Source: Verrucomicrobia bacterium UBA673 (GTDB lineage Bacteria > Verrucomicrobiota > Verrucomicrobiia > Limisphaerales > UBA1096). From it: a stretch of DNA of 47,978 nucleotides. Where the stretch lies: contig DBNL01000101.1 in the NCBI GenBank assembly GCA_002299785.1, positions 1-47,978 on the forward strand, written 5' to 3'. The position numbers and the translations under genes are program-made. Shown piece after piece: positions 8,787 to 17,321 of the stretch (its first letter is position 1; the number at the start of each line of letters is the position of its first letter). The notes beneath the pieces are model-generated. The model saw nothing but the letters and a program-made list of their open reading frames with translations. It did not search any database and was not told the origin of the DNA.

Positions 8787-10037
8787 TCAAAATTCAAATT
8801 TTACGTCACCCAAGCGGGAGGCGATTTCGTTGATTACGCGATCCTCATCGGCTTCATTCTTAGCGTCGAACGTTACACTGAAGCGGATCGCTGATTCGGC
8901 GTCGTCCCACGGCACGGTGGAGATAAGTTTTTCGCGGATGAGCCACTGCGAAAGGGCTTCCCCGTTTTCGAAGTCTTCACGCTTACCGTCGGCCTTGATC
9001 GCCGCCTTGGCAGCGCTCATGTAGAGGAAGAATGAGCCGCCTGATTTGCTGATCTGGAAGCCTGCATTTTGCAGCACGCCGACGAGCTTGTCCATGCGGC
9101 GCGAGTACTTGGCGGCGATGGCTTCGGTGATCTTGGGGTGATCGTAGCAGTAGGCGGCGGCGTTTTGGATGGCGAGGAACTGGCCGGAGTCGCTGTTGTC
9201 CTTCACATCGCCGTAAGCCTTGACGAGCAACGGGTTGCCGACCACAAAGCCGCAGCGCCAGCCGGTCATGTTGAAATTCTTGCTGGTCGAGTGCAACTCG
9301 ATGCCGACATCTTTCGCGCCCGGAGTGGCGAGGAAGCTCAGTGGTTTGTTGCCGTCGTAAACCAAGCCGATGTAGGCGGCGTCGTGGATGACGATGAGGT
9401 TGTTGCCCTTGGCGAAGTCGACGACCTTGGCGAAGAACTCCGGAGTGGCGCTGGCGCCGGTCGGGTTATTCGGATAGTTCAGCACGAGCACCTTGGCCTT
9501 GGCCAATATGTCGGCCGGGATACTGTCGAGGTCCGGCAGATAATTGTTCTCCGCCGTCAATGCGAGGTTATGCACTTGGCCTCCGTAGTACTTGGCGTGC
9601 GTGCCGAGCACAGGATAACCCGGGATGGTCATGAAGACAGCATCTCCGGGGTTGATGAAGGCGGCCGGCAAAATGGAGAGCGCCGCCTTGCTGCCGATGG
9701 AGTGGAGCACTTCCGTTTCGGGGTCTATGCCGCTGACGCCGCAGACATTGTCGAGGAACCGGGCGGCGGCTTCCTTGAGCGATTGGCCACCATTATCGGC
9801 GTAACCGCGGTTGGCCGGTTTTTGTGTCTCCTCGTGGAGTTTGGCGACGACCTCCGGAAAAGCCATTTCGTCGGGCTCGCCGACGCCCATGTCGATGATC
9901 TCAGCGCCGGGGTTGGCCTCAAGCACTGCATTTTTGGCACGCTTGATTTTTTCAAACTTGTAGATGGCCGTGTCTTTTCCGTAGTCGACGCCGCCGATTC
10001 GTTCCGCGAACAGATTTTGAATGTAGCTTTCTGACAT
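8787..10037 (-). CDS. Class I/II PLP-dependent aminotransferase, LL-diaminopimelate-aminotransferase-like
   Basis: 416 aa. N-terminus is YIQNLFAERIGG..YGKDT.IYKFEKIKRAK, then GVGEPD, NYPNNPTG, and STSKNFNMTGWR (Schiff-base Lys context). I recall this N-terminal signature from proteins auto-annotated as LL-DAP aminotransferase. Substrate specificity is unverified. Confidence 0.8.
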   Translation of the reverse strand: MSESYIQNLFAERIGGVDYGKDTAIYKFEKIKRAKNAVLEANPGAEIIDMGVGEPDEMAFPEVVAKLHEETQKPANRGYADNGGQSLKEAAARFLDNVCGVSGIDPETEVLHSIGSKAALSILPAAFINPGDAVFMTIPGYPVLGTHAKYYGGQVHNLALTAENNYLPDLDSIPADILAKAKVLVLNYPNNPTGASATPEFFAKVVDFAKGNNLIVIHDAAYIGLVYDGNKPLSFLATPGAKDVGIELHSTSKNFNMTGWRCGFVVGNPLLVKAYGDVKDNSDSGQFLAIQNAAAYCYDHPKITEAIAAKYSRRMDKLVGVLQNAGFQISKSGGSFFLYMSAAKAAIKADGKREDFENGEALSQWLIREKLISTVPWDDAESAIRFSVTFDAKNEADEDRVINEIASRLGDVKFEF

Positions 10038-10321
10038 TGTTTATTTTGGGAAACAGCGTTTGGCAAACGTGGCCAAGCCGCGGAAAGCTTATTCGCGAAA
10101 AAAGATTGTGCAAGCCAGTGTGATAAATGCTCGGCCAATTGCGTACTAAATCACAAGAATAAAGTTGCTTAAGAACTTGCTCCTGCGGTTAAAAAAGAGG
10201 AAGTGGGACATTTTGACCAAGCTTTGTGGATTTAAGTTGCTATTTGAATAAGCGGGGGCAGAATCGGGCCACTTTGTCCCTATTTGGGGATTAGATTTGA
10301 ACACTAAAAAACAGCAGTCTT

Positions 10322-11323
10322 ATGGTGAGGTCATTCGCATTTACGACCGAAGGCAAGTTGCACAGCAAGGACATCGAGTTGTTCCTGATGCCCACGCTGT
10401 TGGCGGACACCAAGCTGTTCCTATGGGTTGACCTCGAGGATCCCACACCTCAGGAAACCGGTTTTCTTCTTAAAAACGTCTTCCATTTTCATCCCTTGTC
10501 CATCGAGGACAGCGTGACAGAGAGTCCGTCGCCGAAGGTTGAGGAATATCTGCCGAAGGAGAAAGACGAGTTTTCGCCGTATCTTTTCATGGTGATTCAC
10601 GCAGTGGATTACAGCCGCAAGGACGGGGTGTTTGCGACGTCTGAGCTAAGTTTTTATCTCGGCAAAAATTTCCTAGTGACGTTTCACCGCAAGCCGATGC
10701 GGCCGGTTGAGTTGGCCGGGGAGATGTGCCTGCGAAACACGGCGGACATTGCCACGGAACCGGGCCGGGTGGCTCACACGCTTCTGGATTTGATCGTCGA
10801 GAACTATAAACCGGCCCTCGATGAGTTGGCGATGGAGGTGGCGGAGGTGGAGCAGAAGGCGTTGGCTGATCCCGGCAAGGAGACGCTCAACACGATTTTG
10901 CAGATCAAGAAGGAAGTGCTGCAACTGAGGCAAATTATCAGGCCGCAAAAGGAAGTGCTGAGCCGGTTTGTCTGCGGTGAGTTCAAGCTCATTCAATCCC
11001 ACTTGATCCCATACTACCGTGACGTGTACGACGGGCTTTACAACATCGGCGAGTTGGCGGCGCGGTATGCTGAGTCGCTGACCGGTGTGCTGCAGGTTTA
11101 CCTCAACATGTCCTCGAACAAGACCGGCGAAATCGTGAAGCTACTGACGGTGTTCACCGTGATCACGACGCCGATGATGCTGGTGGGCACGTGGTACGGG
11201 ATGAACTTTCAAGACATGCCTGAGATTGCGGCGGGTAAGATAGGGTATCTTGTGGCGTTGGTGGTGACAGCAATGTCCACGCTGGGGACCATTGTGTATT
11301 TCAAAATCAAAAGTTGGCTCTAA
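10322..11323 (+). CDS. corA: CorA-family magnesium/cobalt transporter
   Basis: 333 aa. Soluble N-terminal domain, then two C-terminal TM helices with the signature YGMNF (WYGMNFQDMPE). Confidence 0.9.
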   Translation: MVRSFAFTTEGKLHSKDIELFLMPTLLADTKLFLWVDLEDPTPQETGFLLKNVFHFHPLSIEDSVTESPSPKVEEYLPKEKDEFSPYLFMVIHAVDYSRKDGVFATSELSFYLGKNFLVTFHRKPMRPVELAGEMCLRNTADIATEPGRVAHTLLDLIVENYKPALDELAMEVAEVEQKALADPGKETLNTILQIKKEVLQLRQIIRPQKEVLSRFVCGEFKLIQSHLIPYYRDVYDGLYNIGELAARYAESLTGVLQVYLNMSSNKTGEIVKLLTVFTVITTPMMLVGTWYGMNFQDMPEIAAGKIGYLVALVVTAMSTLGTIVYFKIKSWL

Positions 11324-11328
11324 GCCGC

Positions 11329-12570
11329 ATGCCTTCGACCAAGTCCAGTTTTGTGGAAAAAGTTCTCGGACGCATTGACGTCTTGAACCCCGAGAATTTG
11401 CAGTCGTTTGTCGAGCGACTTGCCCGGGATCGGTCGTTTCTGGAAACGCTGTTCAACACGATCGAGGACGGTGTGCTCGTTGCCGACCAGGAGGGGAAGG
11501 TCACTTACCTAAACGCCGCTGCGAGTCAGTTGACCGGCTTTGATGAGGATGCGGCAATGGATCAACCCGTGACGCGACTGCTCCCCGAGTTTGACTGGGC
11601 ATCCCTGCAGGCGGCGGATCACGAAGGAGGCCGGAGTGTCATGCGGCGGGAGTTCGAGCTGGATTATCCTCGGAAACGCTTCATCCGGCTTTACGCCGCA
11701 CCGCTCGATGGCGAGGCCATGGGCAGCACCGGCATGGCGCTGATTCTGCACGACGCCACCGAGGCGCGGGAGCAAACTCACGAGGCGATCGAGAGCGAGC
11801 GCATCCAGGCCCTAACCCTGCTGGCGGCCAGCGTGGCCCACGAGCTTGGAAACCCGCTGAATGCCCTGAGCATTCATCTGCAGTTGGTGGAGCGCGAAAT
11901 CCGCAAGCTTGGCCAACCGGCGGGGGGCGTCGAGGGGGGCGTGGCCAAGCGTGAGGGCGATCCCGACGAAGTGAGAGACATCGCCGCTAAGCTGGAAAAA
12001 TACATCTGCGTGGCCAAGGGCGAGGTCAACCGGCTCGACTACATTGTGACCCAGTTTTTGCAGGCCATCCGTCCGAGCAAGCCGAAGCTTAAAAAAAGCT
12101 CACTCAACGACACGATCGAGGAGACGATCGAACTGCTGCGCCCGGAGTTTGACAACCGAGGACAGTCGATCAAGCTGGAGTTCGCGAAGTCGCTGCCCTT
12201 GGCCGTGTTTGACGCCGTGCAGATCAAGCAATCGCTCATCAATCTGATGAAAAACTCGATGCACGCAATGAGCACTGGCGGTGAGTTGGGCATCAAGACC
12301 GGCGAAGCCGGCGGAGGAGTATGGGTCAGCCTAACCGATACCGGCGGTGGGATTCCGCAGGAACAGATCAAGAGGATTTTTGAGCCGTACTACACAACGA
12401 AGGAAAAAGGCTCCGGTCTTGGACTGATGATCGTTCAGCGAATCGTGCGTGATCACGACGGGCGGCTGGAGCTTATGAGCCACGGAGGCAAGGGAACGAC
12501 CTTCCGGGTTTGGCTGCCTCAGGAGGAGCGTCGGCAGCACCTGCTCGAGACGGCAGCCAACGAGACATGA
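11329..12570 (+). CDS. Cytoplasmic PAS-domain sensor histidine kinase (NtrB/AtoS-like)
   Basis: PAS-like N-terminus (LFNTIEDGVLVADQEGKVTYLNAAASQLTGF), H-box SVAHELGNPLNA, N-box LINLMKNSMHAM, G-boxes DTGGGIP and GSGLGL. I chose the ATG at 11329; the track ORF begins at a TTG at 11314 that overlaps the corA stop. Its stop overlaps the response-regulator start (ATGA). Confidence 0.85.
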   Translation: MPSTKSSFVEKVLGRIDVLNPENLQSFVERLARDRSFLETLFNTIEDGVLVADQEGKVTYLNAAASQLTGFDEDAAMDQPVTRLLPEFDWASLQAADHEGGRSVMRREFELDYPRKRFIRLYAAPLDGEAMGSTGMALILHDATEAREQTHEAIESERIQALTLLAASVAHELGNPLNALSIHLQLVEREIRKLGQPAGGVEGGVAKREGDPDEVRDIAAKLEKYICVAKGEVNRLDYIVTQFLQAIRPSKPKLKKSSLNDTIEETIELLRPEFDNRGQSIKLEFAKSLPLAVFDAVQIKQSLINLMKNSMHAMSTGGELGIKTGEAGGGVWVSLTDTGGGIPQEQIKRIFEPYYTTKEKGSGLGLMIVQRIVRDHDGRLELMSHGGKGTTFRVWLPQEERRQHLLETAANET

Positions 12571-13940
12571 ATCCTAACCTACTTATTGTTGACGACGAGA
12601 AGCCGACCCGCGACGGACTGCGCGCCGCGCTGGAGGATCGTTACGAGGTGTATGTGGCCGAGGATGCCGCCTCGGCGGCTAACCTGCTCGAGGCGGAGTC
12701 GTTCGAGGTGTTGCTGACTGACTTTCGGCTGCCGAACAACGAGGACGGGATGAAGTTGATCGCCCGGGCCAAGTCGCTGGCTAAACCGCCGATCTGCATC
12801 CTGATGACCGCCTACGGCTCGGAGGAGTTGGCGGTCGAGGCGCTCAAGCAGGGTGCTGACGACTACTTGGCCAAGGGGCGGATGCAGATTGACGAACTCG
12901 AGACCCGCATTGCCCGGGCTCTCAAGCTGCGCACCCTCGAGAGCGAAAACAAGACGCTTAAGCAGCAATTAAACAAAAAGTTCGGGCTCGAGAACATCAT
13001 CGGCGAGTCGGAGCCGATGCAAAAGGTGATGGATACCGTCAGGCAGGTGGCGCCATCGAGGGCGACTGTCCTGATCCAAGGCGAGAGCGGCACAGGCAAG
13101 GAGCTTTTGGCCAAGGCGATCCACCAACTTAGCCCGCGCTCGAGGCGTCCGATGGTCACTGTGCACTGCGCTGCGCTGTCGCCTACACTGCTTGAGAGCG
13201 AGTTGTTCGGCCACGAGAAGGGGGCATTCACCGGCGCGCATGAGCGTCGTGTCGGGCGGTTCGAGCAGGCCGAGGGCGGCACGTTGTTCCTCGACGAGAT
13301 TGGCGAAATCGACGAGACGACGCAGGTCAAGGTGCTGCGGTTTCTCGGCGAGCGCACGTTCGAGCGGGTCGGTGGCAACAAGACGTTGACGGCGGACGTG
13401 CGAGTCGTCGCGGCCACTAACAAAAACCTGAAGGAGATGGTAGGCAACGGCGAGTTTCGCGAGGACCTCTATTTTCGATTGAGTGTAGTGGAGATTTGGG
13501 CGCCTCCCCTGCGTGATCGCACGTCGGACATCCCGATGTTGGCACTGAGTTTTCTTCGCGAGTTCGCCGAAGAGAACGCCAAGTTGGTGAGCGACTTCAC
13601 CGCCGAGGCGCTGGAGGCGATCATCCGTTACGCTTGGCCGGGGAATGTGCGGGAGTTGCGCACCGCAGTGGAGCACGCCGTGGTTCTGGGCAGAGGTGAC
13701 ATGATCGAGTTGACCGGCCTCCCTCAGTCGGTGCAAAGCCGTGGTGTCATCCAACACGAAAAACAATTGACCCAACCGCTCGTCGACAAGGGCGTGACGC
13801 TGGAGGAGGCCGAGAAGCAGTTGATTATCCGCACGCTCAAGGAATGCCGCGGCAACCGGACGACGGCGGCCCGAAAAATCGGCATCAGCCGCCGGACGCT
13901 TCATCGCAAGCTCAATCGCTACGGCTTGGAGGGAATTTGA
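12567..13940 (+). CDS. Sigma-54-dependent response regulator (NtrC family: REC + AAA+ + Fis-type HTH)
   Basis: REC domain (LLIVDDE...DFRLP), AAA+ Walker A GESGTGKE, the sigma-54 contact loop GAFTGA (EKGAFTGA), ESELFGHE, and a C-terminal HTH (AARKIGISRRTLHRKL). The start is set at MNPNLLIVDD; the 19 upstream codons in the track ORF overlap the kinase gene. Confidence 0.9.
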   Translation: MNPNLLIVDDEKPTRDGLRAALEDRYEVYVAEDAASAANLLEAESFEVLLTDFRLPNNEDGMKLIARAKSLAKPPICILMTAYGSEELAVEALKQGADDYLAKGRMQIDELETRIARALKLRTLESENKTLKQQLNKKFGLENIIGESEPMQKVMDTVRQVAPSRATVLIQGESGTGKELLAKAIHQLSPRSRRPMVTVHCAALSPTLLESELFGHEKGAFTGAHERRVGRFEQAEGGTLFLDEIGEIDETTQVKVLRFLGERTFERVGGNKTLTADVRVVAATNKNLKEMVGNGEFREDLYFRLSVVEIWAPPLRDRTSDIPMLALSFLREFAEENAKLVSDFTAEALEAIIRYAWPGNVRELRTAVEHAVVLGRGDMIELTGLPQSVQSRGVIQHEKQLTQPLVDKGVTLEEAEKQLIIRTLKECRGNRTTAARKIGISRRTLHRKLNRYGLEGI

Positions 13941-13994
13941 ACGCGACGTGGCATCAGCGTATCCAAGTATGATCAAGCATCGGCATTACAACGG

Positions 13995-15890
13995 ATGATC
14001 CGGGTTCAGGAAATCATACACAGCCTCGAGGATGGCAATTGGGCCAAGCGCATTCGCGGCTTAGTTTTGTTGTTGCTTATCGGGAGCTTGGGGCTGGTTT
14101 ACCACCTTAACCTCACGCGCAACTTCACCGCACCCGAGGCGATGGACTCAGCGCAACTGGCCCGCAACATCGCTGAGGGACGCGGCTACACCACGCAGTT
14201 CATCCGGCCGCTAAGCCTCGATATTTTGCGGCAGCAAGGTGCTGTCTCTGATGTGGATCTTCGCAGTAAATTCCCCGACATCACCAACCCGCCTGTGTAC
14301 CCGATGCTGTTGGCCGGATTGATGAAAGTGTTGCCGTTTAAGTTTGAAATCGATCTCCAAAAAGCAAACGAGTTTAAGCGGTATCAACCGGAATCCATCA
14401 TCTGGCTGCTAAATCAGGCGTTGTTTTTTGTGGCGCTGATTCAAGTCTTCCGGTTGGGCGAAAAGCTGTTCGACCAGCCGGTGGCCTGGTGTGCGGCGCT
14501 GCTCTTTTTAGGGACGGAACTTTACTGGAAGTTCAGCACATCGGGCCTCCCGACGATGCTACTTCTGGTGCTGTTTATGGCCCTGGCTAAAACGCTCGTT
14601 AGGCTGGATGAGCGGGGGAATGACGGGGTCCCGCGAGGCGGCGGCTGGTTTGCCGGGATGGCGCTTTGGGCCGGCGCGCTGGCTGGCTTGGGTGGGTTGA
14701 CCCGTTACGGCTTTGCCTGGGTGATCCTGCCGGTGCTGGTTTATCTCGGCTGGTTCATGGGCCGGCACCGGGGCCGGACGGTGGGGATGGCGCTGCTTGG
14801 GTTTCTGCTAGTGATGTCGCCCTGGCTGGTGCGGAACGCGCAACTGAGTGGCAACCTGTTCGGTACGGCCGGCTTGGCCCTGTACTCTCAGACCAATGCC
14901 TTCCCCGGGGACACGCTCGAGCGGACCTTGTTTTACGATCGAAGTGACGCACCGGTGAACGATGAGGATGAAATCAAGGTGAGAGTGGTGGATCATGTCG
15001 GACTGTGGGATATCGAGAATAAGCTGAAACGCAACCTCCGTCATTTGCTGGCTCATGAGTTGCCACAGTTCTCCGGCAGTTGGTTTGCGGTGGTTTGCCT
15101 CGTCGGCTTGGTCGTGCCGTTTCGGAACCGCTCGTTGCGGCGGCTGCGGGTTTTTTTGTTGATGACACTCGCGGTGTTTGCGCTTGGTCAAGCGCTTGGC
15201 CGCACACACCTATCAGCAGCCAACAGCACGCTGGCTGAGTTGCTGGCGAGGTCGCTTGGCCAAGATGCACCGGTGACCGCTGTATTGGGCGTGAATGGCG
15301 AAAACCTTTTGGCTCTTCTTGGGCCGGTCTCTTTCCTATTTGGCGCGGGGTTGTTTTTTTCGCTGCTGGACCGGTGGAAAGTGGATCTGCCGGAAATGCG
15401 ATTGGCTGCATCCACAGGGTTGGTCATATCTGCTTCGCTCCCGATGGCCTTGAGCTTTCTACTGCCCCATCCTTATCCCGTGGCTGATCCGCCGTATCAT
15501 CCGGCGCGCTTACAGTCCCTTCGCTTCGTTCCGGCCGAGTATGGCTTGGCTGAGATCAAGGAGGACGACTTGTTGATGAGTGATATCCCCTGGGCCGTGG
15601 CGTGGTATGGCAATCAGCATTGCGTGTGGCTGACCCAAACCGTCAAGCCAGATTTTTACACCATTTACGAGCAGTTTCAGCCTGTCAATGCCTTGTATTT
15701 TACGGAGGTCACCACTGATCAGCGTTACACTTCCTCGGTGCTAAATGCAAATGAGTTGAACTGGGAGCGATTTATGCTGGATATGCAGATGAAGGGGGAT
15801 GTGCCCGATGGATTCCCTATAAAGGCTGTTTCTGACATTTTCGCACCGGACCAATGGCTGTTTTTTGCTGCCCCGGAAGAACAGCCATAG
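13995..15890 (+). CDS. Large polytopic membrane protein, GT-C-fold glycosyltransferase-like (ArnT/PMT_2-like)
   Basis: 631 aa with at least 10 predicted TM helices. After TM1 there is a first-loop acidic motif (EAMDSAQLARNIAEGRGY) resembling the DE..A..GxG loop of GT39/GT83 enzymes. Soluble C-terminal domain. The family assignment is tentative. Confidence 0.55.
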   Translation: MIRVQEIIHSLEDGNWAKRIRGLVLLLLIGSLGLVYHLNLTRNFTAPEAMDSAQLARNIAEGRGYTTQFIRPLSLDILRQQGAVSDVDLRSKFPDITNPPVYPMLLAGLMKVLPFKFEIDLQKANEFKRYQPESIIWLLNQALFFVALIQVFRLGEKLFDQPVAWCAALLFLGTELYWKFSTSGLPTMLLLVLFMALAKTLVRLDERGNDGVPRGGGWFAGMALWAGALAGLGGLTRYGFAWVILPVLVYLGWFMGRHRGRTVGMALLGFLLVMSPWLVRNAQLSGNLFGTAGLALYSQTNAFPGDTLERTLFYDRSDAPVNDEDEIKVRVVDHVGLWDIENKLKRNLRHLLAHELPQFSGSWFAVVCLVGLVVPFRNRSLRRLRVFLLMTLAVFALGQALGRTHLSAANSTLAELLARSLGQDAPVTAVLGVNGENLLALLGPVSFLFGAGLFFSLLDRWKVDLPEMRLAASTGLVISASLPMALSFLLPHPYPVADPPYHPARLQSLRFVPAEYGLAEIKEDDLLMSDIPWAVAWYGNQHCVWLTQTVKPDFYTIYEQFQPVNALYFTEVTTDQRYTSSVLNANELNWERFMLDMQMKGDVPDGFPIKAVSDIFAPDQWLFFAAPEEQP

Positions 15891-16040
15891 GTGCTTGATG
15901 CCAACAAGGTTGTGACAATGAAAAAAGCCAAAAAAAATTTGAAAATTGAGGTTGACATGACCTGGTGAACATAGACAATGCCCCTCCATTCAGCCCTACT
16001 GGCCGTTCGGGGTGTTGAATGTGGGTTTTTAATTAAGATT

Positions 16041-17246
16041 ATGAACAGAAAAATTGTTACCTTGGGAGTCGCCGCTTTCGGCGTTGCTGGATTGCAGGCT
16101 GCTGATGCAGGTAAAATCTGGGAAGTGACAGGTTCGTTGCGTGGATTTTACGACGACAACTATACAACCTCGCCCGAGGATCTCGCTGAGGAGAGCTGGG
16201 GTATCGAAGTTAGCCCCGGGATCAATCTCACCATCGGTGAAGGAACGGACTTGGAGTTCAGCGCCGGATACGCGTTCGGCATACGGTACTACGAAGACAG
16301 GGAAACAGACAACGAGGACTACGGTCATGAATTGGGCATCAGCCTCAACAAGGCATTTTCCGATACCTCGGTTTTGCAATTGTCGAATAGTTTAGTGATT
16401 GCCCAGGAACCCGAAATACTGAACGGGGGCACCCCGCTGCGTACCGAGGGTGATAATTTGCGCAACACTCTTTCAGCCGTTTATCGCCAGATTGTTTCAG
16501 GAAACATCAAGGCGGAGCTCGGATACGGGAATTCCTTGTTTGATTATGACGAGGCGTATCACTCTGCGCTCCTGGATAGAACCCACAACCAAGTGAACCT
16601 TGATGTGATTTACGACATGGATCAGACTGAATACTTCGTAGGTTACAAGTTTGCTTCGATCGATTTTGACGGTGGCGATTTGAAGGTACCCGGTTTGTAT
16701 TTCAATTCGGATGCCCGCGACAACGACTCTCATTATGGGTATGTTGGTGTTCGCCACCAACTGAACAAGGAGTTTGTCGCCAGTGCTCAGGCGGGTGCCC
16801 AGTATGTCGACTATTATAATTTCGACTTGATGCCCGGTTTGATACCGGAGGATGAAACCAGTCCGTATGTGAATGCCTCTATGCAATGGGGGTATGCCGA
16901 GGGGAGCCAATTGGTGGCGGGGGTAAGCTTTGCGCGTGGTGCCACCGATTTGCAGGCTGCTGATCAGGAAACCAGCGCGGTCTATGCTCAGTTTCTCCAC
17001 AAAATCACAGCCAAAGTTCACGGGACTTTGACTGCTCGATATCAGGATTCGGAGATTAACGGGGGTGGTGTGCAAGTGGACGGCAAGACGGAGTCTCTAA
17101 TGTTGCTGGGAGCCAGCCTCACCTATGCCATCGCTGACAATATCTGGACCGAGTTGGCCTATAACTTCGACGAGCTCGATTCTGACATACCTCGCCGTAG
17201 TTTTGAGAGGAACTATTTGTCCATCGGAATTGGCACGAGTTATTGA
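16041..17246 (+). CDS. Outer-membrane beta-barrel protein of a polysaccharide-export cluster
   Basis: The start is set at MNRKIVTLGVAAFGVAGLQA (signal peptide). Alternating amphipathic strands rich in Y/G/D/N, ending in a C-terminal aromatic residue (SIGIGTSY). Sits directly upstream of Wzc/Wza homologues. Confidence 0.65.
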   Translation: MNRKIVTLGVAAFGVAGLQAADAGKIWEVTGSLRGFYDDNYTTSPEDLAEESWGIEVSPGINLTIGEGTDLEFSAGYAFGIRYYEDRETDNEDYGHELGISLNKAFSDTSVLQLSNSLVIAQEPEILNGGTPLRTEGDNLRNTLSAVYRQIVSGNIKAELGYGNSLFDYDEAYHSALLDRTHNQVNLDVIYDMDQTEYFVGYKFASIDFDGGDLKVPGLYFNSDARDNDSHYGYVGVRHQLNKEFVASAQAGAQYVDYYNFDLMPGLIPEDETSPYVNASMQWGYAEGSQLVAGVSFARGATDLQAADQETSAVYAQFLHKITAKVHGTLTARYQDSEINGGGVQVDGKTESLMLLGASLTYAIADNIWTELAYNFDELDSDIPRRSFERNYLSIGIGTSY

Positions 17247-17270
17247 TTTCCTCGAACTAAAACTTTTCTT

Positions 17271-17309
17271 GGGAGGCCAGAAGTGTTTATCTGGCCTCCC
17301 TTTTTTTTT
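17271..17309 (+). terminator. Rho-independent terminator after the OMP gene
   Basis: Perfect 10-bp stem GGGAGGCCAG / CTGGCCTCCC with a 10-nt loop, followed by T9. It lies 25 nt after the OMP stop and ends only 12 nt before the wzc-like ATG. Confidence 0.75.
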
Positions 17310-17321
17310 AGGTTTTAGAAA

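Noticed and set aside
9069-10034. 321-aa plus-strand ORF antisense to the aminotransferase gene
   Set aside because: A shadow ORF of a GC-rich gene. The translation is low-complexity and rich in Arg/Gly/Val/Asp with no motifs, whereas the opposite strand has clear aminotransferase signatures.
12969-13976. 335-aa minus-strand ORF antisense to the NtrC-like regulator (also 12863..13447)
   Set aside because: A shadow ORF. The sense strand carries unmistakable AAA+/GAFTGA motifs.
13941-13994. TGGCAT-CAGCG-TATCC upstream of the GT-C-like gene as a sigma-54 promoter
   Set aside because: The -12 element lacks the essential GC (TATC instead of TTGC).
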